Below, one piece after another: positions 47,566 to 57,821 of a stretch of DNA of 64,000 bases. The DNA is taken from assembly GCA_964454175.1 (NCBI GenBank), contig CAYVSA010000001.1, forward strand, positions 9,993-73,992. The letters run 5' to 3'. The notes below the pieces were generated by a model. The model ran no database searches, was not told the DNA's origin, and saw only the letters and a list, made by a program, of their open reading frames with translations. Origin of the DNA: an uncultured Pseudomonadota bacterium (GTDB lineage Bacteria > BMS3Abin14). Position 1 is the stretch's first letter; each line of letters opens with the position of its first letter. The translations under genes and the position numbers were made by a program.

Positions 47566-49035
47566 ATGCTGACGATACTTCTTCCGGATTTCAGGGTTAT
47601 CGCACCGGAGCTGATACTGACTGGCACTGCTTTTGCGGTGATACTGTGGGAGCTTATCACCCGCGTAAAGGACCATACAGTTTCAGCCATGATCTCAGCT
47701 GCAGGCGTTCTGGCTGCCCTGGCTGTTGCGGTAAAGTACTCAAGCCTGGTTATCTCAACATTTTCTGGAACCATCGTTCTCGACCCCTATGCGTCATTTT
47801 TCAAAGTAATTTTCCTCTTCGGGCTGATCCTCACGATCACGATTTCTCTGCGGTATATAAAGGATGGCGGCACAGCTGACCACGCCGAGTACTATGCTCT
47901 TTTACTCCTTGCCACAGTGGGTATGATGGTGATGGCCATCGGACGCGAGCTGGTAACCATCTTTCTGGGTCTTGAACTTCTGTCCATGTCCCTTTACATT
48001 CTTGCCGGGTTTTTCAGGGATGACGGCAGATCGAACGAAGCGGCGGTCAAATACTTTATCCTGGGATCCTTTGCCACCGGTTTCATGCTCTTCGGGATGT
48101 CATATGTCTACGGCGTTGCTGGCAGTACCCACCTGAAATCTATCGCTTCCATTCTTTCACAACACCCCGGGGCATTAAAATCCAATGCACTGCTCCTGGG
48201 GATGTTCATGATCATAATGGGGTTCGGGTTCAAGGTGTCTGTTGTGCCTTTCCACCAGTGGACACCTGATGTTTATGAAGGTGCCCCAACGCCGGTGACC
48301 GCTTTCATGTCTGCCGGGCCGAAAGCTGCCGGGCTGGCCGCACTTATCAGGATTCTAATGGAAGCCATGCCCCAGCTGATGGGGAAATGGGAACTCCTGT
48401 TGACGATCCTGGCCATCCTGACCATGACGCTGGGCAACCTCGGTGCCCTGGCACAGAAGAACATTAAACGCATGCTGGCTTATTCGTCCATCGCCCACGT
48501 GGGATACATCATGATCGGCATCGTTGCTTCCGTGAATGGGCGTTTTGACAGGGCTCTTTCCTCGGTGTTGTTTTACCTCCTGGCCTATACTTTCATGAAC
48601 ATCGGTGCTTTCGGGATATTGATATTCATGAAGCGTGAAGGAGTGAAGGGAGATAACCTTGAAGACTTCACGGGCCTTTCACGCAGAGCACCAGGAGTGG
48701 CCCTGGCCATGCTCGTCTTTTTGTTTTCTTTGGCGGGGATACCTCCAACAGCGGGCTTTGCTGCAAAATTGTCTATATTCTACGCTGCTGTCCAGGGAGG
48801 CTACTATACGTTAGTCGTGATCGGCATCCTGAACAGCGCGGTCGCAGCTTACTACTACCTGAGAGTGATCGTTGTCATGTATATGCAGGAACCTTCCACC
48901 CAGGAAGGTTTCTCTGGCACCTCGCCGCTCCTGTGGGCGGGAATTTTCATTGCTCTTGCCGGCACGCTGGTCCTGGGAATACTTCCCGGCGGCGTCCTGG
49001 AAGCGGCCCGCCTGTCCGTCATGTCCCTCCTCTAA
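47566..49035 (+). CDS. nuoN: NADH-quinone oxidoreductase subunit N
   Basis: 'FHQWTPDVYEGAPTPVTAFMSAGPKAAG' is present. Confidence 0.95.
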   Translation: MLTILLPDFRVIAPELILTGTAFAVILWELITRVKDHTVSAMISAAGVLAALAVAVKYSSLVISTFSGTIVLDPYASFFKVIFLFGLILTITISLRYIKDGGTADHAEYYALLLLATVGMMVMAIGRELVTIFLGLELLSMSLYILAGFFRDDGRSNEAAVKYFILGSFATGFMLFGMSYVYGVAGSTHLKSIASILSQHPGALKSNALLLGMFMIIMGFGFKVSVVPFHQWTPDVYEGAPTPVTAFMSAGPKAAGLAALIRILMEAMPQLMGKWELLLTILAILTMTLGNLGALAQKNIKRMLAYSSIAHVGYIMIGIVASVNGRFDRALSSVLFYLLAYTFMNIGAFGILIFMKREGVKGDNLEDFTGLSRRAPGVALAMLVFLFSLAGIPPTAGFAAKLSIFYAAVQGGYYTLVVIGILNSAVAAYYYLRVIVVMYMQEPSTQEGFSGTSPLLWAGIFIALAGTLVLGILPGGVLEAARLSVMSLL

Positions 49036-49221
49036 AAAGTAATTTCTCCTGGTTCATCTTTAGAGCAGCCCCTATCGTACGGTGCGGTGCTACTAAATCG
49101 TGTATTCAGTTTTGAGACCAGAGTCAATCCATCAGAAGGTGTTTTCAAAAAGGTATGCGGTCCACCACCGGCACTTCACGCGCGTGGTGCTTGAGGCGCA
49201 CTGACTGGGCCGAGACTGGTT

Positions 49222-49569
49222 TTAACCGGGTTCTTCCAGCGAGAGGCGGCTGTGGACGTATTCGTCAAGCAAATCTGCATCCTGCTGGCTTATATCCTGG
49301 AACTGGATACCCATTCCCGGCGGGCCGGCGGCGGTGGCCATATTTCTGCTCCAGGCAACGGAGCCCGTCACATTGAAAGAGTGACCAGCGTCGGGCAGGT
49401 AGAAGTTGATCTGCAGGAGAGCGCCGGGTTTTAAAGGCGAGAAGGTTTCGATAAAAAGGCCCCCTCTACTGATGTTCAGGATATACTCAGTGACGTCCTC
49501 GGCTACTTCGCCGAAGCTGACTTCAACATATAGGGGTACTCTTGGGTGTCTGCGCTGCTCAGAGTACAT
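49222..49569 (-). CDS. PilZ domain protein (c-di-GMP binding)
   Basis: It has the canonical motifs 'RRHPR' (RxxxR) and 'NISRGGLFI' (N/DxSxGG). Length is 115 aa. It is convergent with nuoN. Confidence 0.7.
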   Translation of the reverse strand: MYSEQRRHPRVPLYVEVSFGEVAEDVTEYILNISRGGLFIETFSPLKPGALLQINFYLPDAGHSFNVTGSVAWSRNMATAAGPPGMGIQFQDISQQDADLLDEYVHSRLSLEEPG

Positions 49570-49866
49570 TTTTCTTTCTCCTGTCAGTTTGATAAGGTGG
49601 GGCAGCTTTGTCTGTTTAGCGGACCTTTATGTAACTTATACATGTTTGGTACTCTTCTTTCACTAATTTTTATCGTTCGGTTTCGCTTTCCCCAAGCTGA
49701 TAAAATCAAGTTGGTTGACCTTGAACAGGGTTATTAGTAAAAGATAATTGGAAGGGACAGGATATTGTAGTTACCAGCTATTTTACTCAGGCCGCCTTCT
49801 GTACCGGCAGGTATATCCGTTTTTCCGAAAATTGTTGATAAACGCGTCAGGGTCCCATGGATCGAG

Positions 49867-51507
49867 GTGAAGATGATGTTTAACAGAGCTGCAGCCCTTT
49901 TATGCGATATAGCCGGGTATGGCAACATGGCCCTTTCTTCTGATGCTACTGTAGGAGAGATGATTGAAAAGATGTTCGAAAATTCAAAGGGCGCTGTTGT
50001 GATCCTGGGAGAAGGGGACCGTCCAGTCGGTATCCTGACCGAAAGGGATGCTGTCAGGATGCTCTTCGAAGGAGTGGATCTGGAGAAACCTGCCATAGAT
50101 CACGCAAAAAAGTCCATCATCTCCGCTCTGGGGGACAGATCCGTTGGACACGCCCTCAATCTGATGCTGGAAAACAATATCCGGAGGCTGGTGGTGGTGG
50201 ACGAAATGGACATCTTCCTCGGTCTGGTGACGCAGCAGGACCTGATGATACACCTGGAGGAAGATTTCTACAGGGCCGCTATTAAAGCCAGACATATAAG
50301 GGATCAGCTCAAAAAGCTGGTCAGTTCATCGCCCAGCGAGTCTATCAGTTCGGTTCTTGAAAAAATGGTTCTGGAAAACGTCAGTGCGGTCCCCGTACTC
50401 CAGAAGGGCAAACCGGTGGGCATGGTAACGGAGATGGATTTGCTGGGAATAGTGATGGAGGGTGTGCCCTTCGGTGACAAGATAGGGCTGTACATGTCTG
50501 ATTCCGTTGAGTGCGTTGAAATGGACGACAAACTGGTGGACATTGTAAAGGTTCTTAATGCAATGGATGTCCGGCGGGTAGTCCTGTGCGACGAGGAAGG
50601 TCTTGCTGTGTCCGTTATCACGAACAGGGATCTGGCCAGCAACCTGGAGGGGGACTACAGCGAATTTCTGGAAAAGAAGCTGACTTACTCCAAGGAGATC
50701 CTGAACCTGTTGCCGGAGATGATCATGGAGCTCGTGGACACAGGAGAAGACCAGCTTGTGCTGTGGTGTAATGACAAGGTGGCGGGCAGGTTCGGTGAGA
50801 ATATCATTGACTCATCCATAACCAGGCTCGTCCCGCCCGAGCGGTGGAACAAGATATGTGGTGTTCTCAGGAGGCAGGGCCGGGTAGAGGACGTAAAGTA
50901 TAAAAAGGACGGAACTGTTTATGAATTTTCAGGGTTTTACCTGCCCCTGGATAAGCCTTCCGAGATGGGACGGATACAGCTCATAGTAAGGGACATTACC
51001 GAAGAGGAGATGCTTGCCACAACGGATCCCCTGACCAGCGTGTACAACAGAAGGTACATGAACGAGTTCCTCGGTAGAGAGATACAGAGGAGCAGCCGCA
51101 TGGCAAAGGAGTTTGCGGTTATCCTGGTCGACATTGACGATTTCAAGAAGGTCAATGACACATTCGGCCATGCGTCTGGTGACTACGTGCTGAAAACAAT
51201 TGTTGGGGTTATCATGTGCGGCACCAGGGATTATGACGTTGTTGGCAGGTATGGGGGCGAAGAGTTCCTGATAATACTTCCTGAAGTGGACCGCCTGGAC
51301 GCCAAGCTGGTGGCTGAAAGGATAAGGAGTGCTATTTCAGAGAAGAAGTTCGAGGTAATTGGCGGCGAGGTAGTAAAACTTACTGCCAGCCTTGGGGGCG
51401 CCTGTTACGGGGTCGACGGAGCCTCCCAGGATGACCTGCTTACCATGGCTGACAGGAGAATGTACAAGGCAAAAGAAGCAGGGAAGAACAAAGTGGTTTT
51501 CGATTAG
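49867..51507 (+). CDS. Diguanylate cyclase with two CBS pairs and a GGDEF domain
   Basis: Four CBS-like modules in the N-terminal 300 aa are followed by the GGDEF core 'DPLTSVYNRRY...DIDDFKKVND..GH..GD..L...RYGGEEF'. The catalytic site is the GGEEF variant. Confidence 0.8.
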   Translation: MKMMFNRAAALLCDIAGYGNMALSSDATVGEMIEKMFENSKGAVVILGEGDRPVGILTERDAVRMLFEGVDLEKPAIDHAKKSIISALGDRSVGHALNLMLENNIRRLVVVDEMDIFLGLVTQQDLMIHLEEDFYRAAIKARHIRDQLKKLVSSSPSESISSVLEKMVLENVSAVPVLQKGKPVGMVTEMDLLGIVMEGVPFGDKIGLYMSDSVECVEMDDKLVDIVKVLNAMDVRRVVLCDEEGLAVSVITNRDLASNLEGDYSEFLEKKLTYSKEILNLLPEMIMELVDTGEDQLVLWCNDKVAGRFGENIIDSSITRLVPPERWNKICGVLRRQGRVEDVKYKKDGTVYEFSGFYLPLDKPSEMGRIQLIVRDITEEEMLATTDPLTSVYNRRYMNEFLGREIQRSSRMAKEFAVILVDIDDFKKVNDTFGHASGDYVLKTIVGVIMCGTRDYDVVGRYGGEEFLIILPEVDRLDAKLVAERIRSAISEKKFEVIGGEVVKLTASLGGACYGVDGASQDDLLTMADRRMYKAKEAGKNKVVFD

Positions 51508-51703
51508 ATTTCAGCTGGACTACGCTGAGTAGTATCGCTATGAAATGATATCAAAAAGATAGCTTGTCCTGGATTCTTTGCGACCTTTTGCATATTCCCG
51601 GGCAGCCGGGACTTAGAAGACCTACCGGGTTCTGGCGCCACATGAACTCCAGCCCTGGAACTATTTGTACACGCCTTGTTATCACAGGCTCAGACAGGGT
51701 GAA

Positions 51704-52606
51704 TCAGACCGACTCAGGTTCAATAAAAATACGCTTTACCTCAGGATGGTTCTCCTTAATGGACCTGTCCAGTTCCATAAGGATCCTTTCCACCTCGCCG
51801 GCGGGTATTTTGTCGGTAAAGTCCACGGCAAGGTTTGCCAGGATGTAATCAGGGCCCATGTGAAGTGTCAGGACTTCCTTGACAGACTCAATTTCGGGAA
51901 CGGACTCAGCAAGGAGGCGAATGCTTTTTACCGTCTCTTTATTCGCGCTCTCTCCGATCAGGAGGCTTTTGGTCTCATAAGCAAGCCAGATCGCTGTTCC
52001 GCCGAGGATCAGTGAAATGACGATGGAGGCCGAGCTGTCGAAAAAACTATTCCCTGTAATGTGACTCAGTAATACTCCTGCAAATGCGGCAAAGATCCCG
52101 AGAATGGCAGCAGAGTCTTCAAAGAATACAACGAACAGGGAAGGGTTCTTGCCCCTCCTGACGGCCTCGAAATACCCAAGATTGCCTTTGGTTTTTGCGA
52201 ACTCCCGCCTGGCGATGTTCCAGGTAATACCCTCAAATATCATTGCCAAAGCAAGAACCATGTAGTTCACGTATGGACTTCCGAGTGTGCCGGGGTGGCG
52301 CAGGTTGTGTATGCCTTCGTAGGCAGACAATCCCGAACCCAGTGAAAATATCAAAATGGCTACGACAAAACTCCAGAAATAAATTTCTTTACCATGTCCA
52401 AAGGGAAACTCATCATCAGGAGGTTGGGATGCTCTGTTGATGCCGTATAAGAGCAGGACCTGGTTGCCCGTGTCTACGAGCGAGTGTATGCACTCAGCCA
52501 CCATCGCTGAGCTGCCGGTGATGGCGGCAGCGCCGAATTTCGTCACTGCTATCAGCAGGTTGCCGGCGAAGGCGGCAAGGATGACTTTTTTTGAACCCGT
52601 CGACAT
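51704..52606 (-). CDS. Cation diffusion facilitator (CDF) family metal efflux transporter
   Basis: 'AAFAGNLLIAVTKFGAAAITGSSAMVAECIHSLVDTGNQ' is present, with 6 TM helices and a C-terminal cytoplasmic domain. Confidence 0.8.
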   Translation of the reverse strand: MSTGSKKVILAAFAGNLLIAVTKFGAAAITGSSAMVAECIHSLVDTGNQVLLLYGINRASQPPDDEFPFGHGKEIYFWSFVVAILIFSLGSGLSAYEGIHNLRHPGTLGSPYVNYMVLALAMIFEGITWNIARREFAKTKGNLGYFEAVRRGKNPSLFVVFFEDSAAILGIFAAFAGVLLSHITGNSFFDSSASIVISLILGGTAIWLAYETKSLLIGESANKETVKSIRLLAESVPEIESVKEVLTLHMGPDYILANLAVDFTDKIPAGEVERILMELDRSIKENHPEVKRIFIEPESV

Positions 52607-52801
52607 CAGTTCAACTCCGGTCAGCTAGACTTCCATATGGTATTTACCATCTGCCGGCAGAAAGATACAGCAGGCAGGAGATTTGATTCCGTAATCTTTC
52701 GGAGTGCGTTGGCATAATACAGGACATTGAAATGGAGTAAAAGCATCAGGGAACCGGCTGAAACAAGGACTTCATTTTGATGGTAAACATTAAACATCTA
52801 T

Positions 52802-52820
52802 TGATATCATTTTTATATCA
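52802..52820. promoter_or_regulatory. Inverted repeat TGATAT-N7-ATATCA in the AT-rich divergent region between the CDF transporter and slyD
   Basis: The two arms are perfect 6-bp inverted repeats seen directly, in a 380-bp AT-rich intergenic region flanked by metal-related genes. Confidence 0.25.
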
Positions 52821-52986
52821 CAGACTGATATTCTGTTCATTAAGTTCATATTTGGCTGCGTGGCTGCTGATCCACCGCCAGAAAAATCGCTAACTTATGT
52901 TCAGGCGGGTTATAGATTCCGGTGGGTTGCAATTTCCGGAAATAGACTTATAATCCACGCTTATGCCTTGAAAGGAGGACGTAAAA

Positions 52987-53466
52987 GTGAACGTTAAAAA
53001 GGACATGGTAGTAACTATTGATTACACGCTCCGGGATGAGGACGGGGAAGTGATAGACTCGTCCAGTGATCACGGACCGCTGACATATCTGCATGGTGGC
53101 GGGAATATCATACAGGGCCTTGAAGATGCCCTGGAAGGAAAGTCGGCAGGTGACACCTTGAATGCTGAGATAGCCCCCGAAGGCGGTTATGGCCTTCGCG
53201 ACGAAGGCCTGACTCAGGTTATTCCCAGGGATGTATTCGGTTTTGAAGGGGACCTCGAGGCCGGAATGCAGTTTCAAGCGCCGACAGAAGACGGCGACAT
53301 CGTGGTAACTGTTGTGGAGGCCACAGAGGACAGCGTTACTGTAGACGGCAACCATCCCCTCGCCGGAATGCCTCTTCATTTCGAAGTGACTGTACTTGAA
53401 CTCAGGAAGGCAACGGCAGAGGAACTGGAAAGCAGCCACGTACACGGAGCCTCCTGCGAACACTGA
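52987..53466 (+). CDS. slyD: FKBP-type peptidyl-prolyl isomerase SlyD-like (metal-binding C-terminus)
   Basis: 'VVTIDYTLRDEDGEVIDSS...PLTYLHGGGNIIQGLEDAL' is an FKBP + IF domain. The C-terminus is His/Cys-rich: 'SSHVHGASCEH'. Confidence 0.8.
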   Translation: MNVKKDMVVTIDYTLRDEDGEVIDSSSDHGPLTYLHGGGNIIQGLEDALEGKSAGDTLNAEIAPEGGYGLRDEGLTQVIPRDVFGFEGDLEAGMQFQAPTEDGDIVVTVVEATEDSVTVDGNHPLAGMPLHFEVTVLELRKATAEELESSHVHGASCEH

Positions 53467-53626
53467 GAAAACATTTACCCTGATTTGCTGGCGGTCGGGG
53501 CCCGAGTCTATTGAACCTGATGCATCTCCCGGAATCTTCATTTCCTTGACGCAGGCTTTAGTTGCGTCTAGATTAATTTAAGTTCATCTGTTTCGGTTTG
53601 AGGAGTCCGAGCCGTCCTGCTCGACA

Positions 53627-54625
53627 ATGATGGGCCGCAAAACAAATGCGTGGTCCGGCCAGAGGAGGTGTGTTGTGAAGAAGCTGTTTGTTTCCTGGAT
53701 AATTGTTGTAATTGCTGTGAGTATCGGGGCCCCGGCTGGTGCAAGGAGCTACACTGTTTCGGTGAACCAGATAGTGGAACACCCTGCACTTGATGCCGTT
53801 CGAAAAGGGTTTCAGGATACGCTGAAAGAGAAGGGGTACGATGTTAAGTACAATGTTCACATTGCCCAGGGCAACATCTCCACGGCAAACCTTATAGCCA
53901 GACAGATCCTCGGTGAGAAGCCCGACCTGGTGCTCGGCATTGCAACACCAACATCACAGGCATGCGCACAGGTCATCAAAAAGACGCCTATACTGATCAC
54001 CGCTGTGACGGATCCTGTTGGTGCGGGACTCGTAAAAAGTCTTGATAAACCAGGGGCCAATATTTCCGGGATGACAGACATGAGCCCCGTTGACCGCCAG
54101 GTTGAGCTTATTAAGGAGTTCCTGCCCGGGATCAAGAAGCTGGGTATTATTTATAATTCAGGTGAGGCTAACTCTCTCAGTATCCTGAAGGTCCTGAAAA
54201 AAGTCAGCGCCGAATCGGGGATAACTGTTGAGGAGGCGACCGTAGTCAACTCCGGGGGAGTCACCCAGGCCGCAAGAAGTCTTGTTGGCAGGGCCGAAGC
54301 CATCTACATCCCGACAGACAACACGGTGGTTTCCGTGTTCGAAGCCATAACGAAAGTATCATCCGAAAGCGACCTGCCCCTTTTTGCAGCTGATGTAGAC
54401 TCCGTCCCGAGGGGGGCAATAGCAGCCCTTGCCATTGACTACTACAGAATGGGGCGTCAGACGGGGGATATGGCCATCAGGATCTTTGAAGGTGCCGATA
54501 CGGCAACCATGCCAGTTGAGACCCTTAAAGATCTCAAATTGTACGTGAACCTCAACTCGGCCAGAGACATGGGAGTGAAGGTCCCGGAATCGGTAATGAA
54601 GGGTGCCGACAAGATAATCCAGTGA
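53627..54625 (+). CDS. ABC transporter substrate-binding protein (COG2984-type)
   Basis: It has a signal peptide (a start at the internal GTG/'VKKLFV' is likely) and a periplasmic-binding fold. It is followed by cognate permease and ATPase genes. Confidence 0.65.
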   Translation: MMGRKTNAWSGQRRCVVKKLFVSWIIVVIAVSIGAPAGARSYTVSVNQIVEHPALDAVRKGFQDTLKEKGYDVKYNVHIAQGNISTANLIARQILGEKPDLVLGIATPTSQACAQVIKKTPILITAVTDPVGAGLVKSLDKPGANISGMTDMSPVDRQVELIKEFLPGIKKLGIIYNSGEANSLSILKVLKKVSAESGITVEEATVVNSGGVTQAARSLVGRAEAIYIPTDNTVVSVFEAITKVSSESDLPLFAADVDSVPRGAIAALAIDYYRMGRQTGDMAIRIFEGADTATMPVETLKDLKLYVNLNSARDMGVKVPESVMKGADKIIQ

Positions 54626-54709
54626 CCCCGGCGTGGGAGCAACTATTTGGAACAGGGAGGGCGTAATGGGAATTGCGCCCTCTTTTGCTGAGAATACAGA
54701 AAGCCGCAG

Positions 54710-55597
54710 ATGACCTGGTACGCTTTCTCCGGAGCCCTTGAGCAGGGGTTTGCGTATGGGCTCATGGTCCTGGGGGTCTACCTGACGTTCAGGGTACTTG
54801 ATTTTCCTGACCTCACTGTGGACGGCAGCCTGCCCCTGGGAGCAGCCGTCAGCGCTGTGGCAATAACAAAGGGCGTTGACCCCTATGTTTCTCTTCTTCT
54901 AGCCGCCGGAGCCGGCTTCCTGGCCGGTATGGTCACCGGTATCCTGAATACCAAATTCCGGATTCTACACCTCCTGGCCTCTATCCTGACCATGATTGCT
55001 CTTTATTCGATCAATATAAGGATCATGGGAAGGCCCAACATGACGCTCCTTGGCAAAAGGACCATACTTGACCCGCTTTACTCAGCCGGCATGTCACCGT
55101 CCCAGGCGGCGCCACTGCTGTTTGGGGTTGTTTCCATCCTGGCAGTCGTATTCCTGATGTGGTTTCTCCATACCGAAATGGGCCTTGCCATACTGGCTAC
55201 CGGCGACAACAAGCAGATGATAACCAGCCAGGGGGTCAACACCCACAGTGTGATCATTTTCGGTGTGGGTCTGTCTAATGGCCTCGTGGCGTTGTCCGGG
55301 GCAATGGTCTGCCAGAACCAGGGGGCCGCAGACGTTAATATGGGCGTCGGTACAATAGTGGCGGGGCTGGCATCGGTGATAATCGGAGAGACTGTCCTTG
55401 GCAGCAAGTCGATTAACATGGCTGTGATAGCAGCTCTTGCCGGTTCAGTCATCTACCGTGTGTCTATAGCTCTGGCACTGGGCCTAAAGCTGGGCAGGTT
55501 CTCCTTCACCCCCAGTGACCTGAACCTCATTACAGCTATCCTGGTGGTCGCGGCCTTGACCCTCCCGAAGGTCAGGCAGAAGTTGAGGCTGAAATGA
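54710..55597 (+). CDS. ABC transporter permease (COG4120-type)
   Basis: It is a polytopic 295-aa protein that overlaps the ATPase gene by 4 bp. Confidence 0.7.
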   Translation: MTWYAFSGALEQGFAYGLMVLGVYLTFRVLDFPDLTVDGSLPLGAAVSAVAITKGVDPYVSLLLAAGAGFLAGMVTGILNTKFRILHLLASILTMIALYSINIRIMGRPNMTLLGKRTILDPLYSAGMSPSQAAPLLFGVVSILAVVFLMWFLHTEMGLAILATGDNKQMITSQGVNTHSVIIFGVGLSNGLVALSGAMVCQNQGAADVNMGVGTIVAGLASVIIGETVLGSKSINMAVIAALAGSVIYRVSIALALGLKLGRFSFTPSDLNLITAILVVAALTLPKVRQKLRLK

Positions 55598-56388
55598 TCC
55601 AGCTGGAACAAATTACAAAGTACTTTCACAGGGGCAGTATAAACGAGGTCCTGGCCCTGGAGGATATCAGCCTCAAGGTGAAGAGAGGGGACTTCATAAC
55701 TATTATCGGGTCAAACGGCGCCGGCAAATCGACCCTCCTTAACTGTCTTGCGGGGAGCTTTCCCGCGGATGCCGGTTCCGTACTGTTTCACGGTCAAGAT
55801 GTCACAGCCTGGCCAGAGCACCGACGGGCCGCGTTTATCAGCAGGGTATTCCAGGATCCACTGCTGGGAACCTGCGCATCACTCACTATTGAACAGAACC
55901 TCGCCCTGTCGGCAATGCGTGGCAGAATACACGGACTTGGCAAGGGCGTCAGGAAGAGCAGTCGTGAGCTGTTTCGGGACAGGCTGGGCAACATAAGTCT
56001 TGGGTTAGAGGACCGCCTCAAAGACAGGGTGGGACTGTTATCGGGCGGTCAGAGGCAGGCATTAACGATGCTGATGGCTGTTATGGTGCACCCGGAGGTT
56101 ATGCTCCTTGACGAACATATCGCAGCGCTTGATCCTAAAACGGCCAATCAGATCCTCCATCTTACCGAGAAAATGGTATCTGAAAACAGGCTCACGACCC
56201 TTATGGTGACTCACAACATGAAGCAGGCGATCCGGATGGGCAACCGGCTCATTATGATGCACAGGGCAAAAATTATCCTGGATGTTGAGGGAAAGGAGAA
56301 AATGAGCCTCACGGTTGAAGACCTGGTCGAGAGGTTCTACACGGCAGGGGGGGAGGAATTCTCTCAGGACAGGATGTTACTTATTTGA
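55594..56388 (+). CDS. ABC transporter ATP-binding protein (COG1101-type)
   Basis: The Walker A 'GSNGAGKST', signature 'LSGGQRQ' and Walker B 'MLLDEH' are present. Confidence 0.85.
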   Translation: MIQLEQITKYFHRGSINEVLALEDISLKVKRGDFITIIGSNGAGKSTLLNCLAGSFPADAGSVLFHGQDVTAWPEHRRAAFISRVFQDPLLGTCASLTIEQNLALSAMRGRIHGLGKGVRKSSRELFRDRLGNISLGLEDRLKDRVGLLSGGQRQALTMLMAVMVHPEVMLLDEHIAALDPKTANQILHLTEKMVSENRLTTLMVTHNMKQAIRMGNRLIMMHRAKIILDVEGKEKMSLTVEDLVERFYTAGGEEFSQDRMLLI

Positions 56389-56402
56389 ATAAGGGGCTGT
56401 AA

Positions 56403-57473
56403 ATGGACAATACAGAGATCGTTGACCTGCGTTCTGACACTGTTACAAAGCCCACATCTGCCATGAAGCGGGCAATGGCCGAGGCCCGGGTTGGGGACGA
56501 CGTATACGGTGAGGACCCCACTGTAAACAGTCTGGAAGAGCTGGCTGCGGAAAGGCTGGGAAAAGAGGCGTCTCTTTTCATGCCTTCTGGAACCATGGGC
56601 AACCAGACTGCTCTGCACACCCATTGTTCGCCCGGCAGTGAGGTCATCGTTGAAGAAAAAAGCCACATCTCCAACTTCGAGATGGCTGCCATGGCAGCGC
56701 TCTCAGGTCTCCTGGCACACCCGGTCTGCACCGATGACGGCCTCCTTACTGCGCAGCAGGTAAAGGACGCAGTCAGGCCGGATATCTACTACCTGTCCAG
56801 GACGGGCCTTGTCGCGCTGGAAAACACCCACAACATGGCCGGCGGCAAGGTTATGGACAGAAGTTGTACGGAACAGATCCTGGAAGTTGCAGCGAAAGCC
56901 GGTGTACCCACCCATCTTGACGGGGCCCGTATATTTAACGCTGCTGCTTTCCTCGGCAGGCAGGCAAGTGACCTTGCAGAGGGGTTTGACTCGGTTATGT
57001 TCTGTCTTTCAAAGGGCCTCGGAGCTCCGGTGGGGTCTATGCTGTGCGGCTCTGAGAAGTTCGTGGCAGAGGCGCGGCGTGTGCGGAAGATGTTCGGCGG
57101 CGGCATGAGACAGGCAGGTGTGATAGCAGCTGCAGGCCTGGTAGCCCTGAGGGACATGACCGGGCGCCTTGGCCAGGACCACGATGCGGTTCTGGCGCTG
57201 GCAGAAGGGCTTTCATCGATCAGGGGGCTCGAGGTCCCCGTTTTACCGGAAACAAATATCCTGATGGTGAAGATCGGCAGCGAGTGGTACCAGGATCAAC
57301 TGGGCAGACCGGTCCCTGGTGACATGAGCCTTGCGGGAGGTTTTGTTTCCCACCTCAGGAGGGCCGGCGTCCTCATGCTTGCCCTGAACGATGAACTTGT
57401 GAGGATGGTCACTCATTACGACCTGCCGGAGAACGGGATAGAGAGGGCTGTTGAGGCGGCACTCACAAACTAA
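56403..57473 (+). CDS. ltaE: Low-specificity L-threonine aldolase
   Basis: It has the characteristic N-terminus '[12 protein letters not shown]' and a PLP-fold-type I '[10 protein letters not shown]'. Confidence 0.85.
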   Translation: MDNTEIVDLRSDTVTKPTSAMKRAMAEARVGDDVYGEDPTVNSLEELAAERLGKEASLFMPSGTMGNQTALHTHCSPGSEVIVEEKSHISNFEMAAMAALSGLLAHPVCTDDGLLTAQQVKDAVRPDIYYLSRTGLVALENTHNMAGGKVMDRSCTEQILEVAAKAGVPTHLDGARIFNAAAFLGRQASDLAEGFDSVMFCLSKGLGAPVGSMLCGSEKFVAEARRVRKMFGGGMRQAGVIAAAGLVALRDMTGRLGQDHDAVLALAEGLSSIRGLEVPVLPETNILMVKIGSEWYQDQLGRPVPGDMSLAGGFVSHLRRAGVLMLALNDELVRMVTHYDLPENGIERAVEAALTN

Positions 57474-57821
57474 TCTATATATGTCCGGGAACCCGGTGCA
57501 ATCCCCCGCCTTCGCAAGAGCCTTTGAGCTTCGCTTCGTGATTCACCCGGACCCCTCTTTACATAATGTTAACAAGAAAAAAGACTGCCTAAAAAATACG
57601 TCTTTTTGGGCCCGCCTCAATGTAGAATCCAACGCTGACTGGATTTTTGTCGGAGCCCAAAGTCACTTGACCCAGGCCAGGTATGGAAAATCACGGTTCT
57701 TGATTTTGATTAGCGGTTTTGTGTAGTCTGAGGGTTGTTGGCGGAGTGTGGGGTTTGCAGGCTGGTCAGGTTTAAATCCTCAGATCAATGATCCAGGTAA
57801 TAGAAACAAAGGAGAACTTTT

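Noticed and set aside
57474-57821. Weak hairpin AAAAAGAC-n14-GTCTTTTT after ltaE as a terminator
   Set aside because: The stem is only 4-5 bp and AT-rich, so it is not convincing. It may still contribute to termination.
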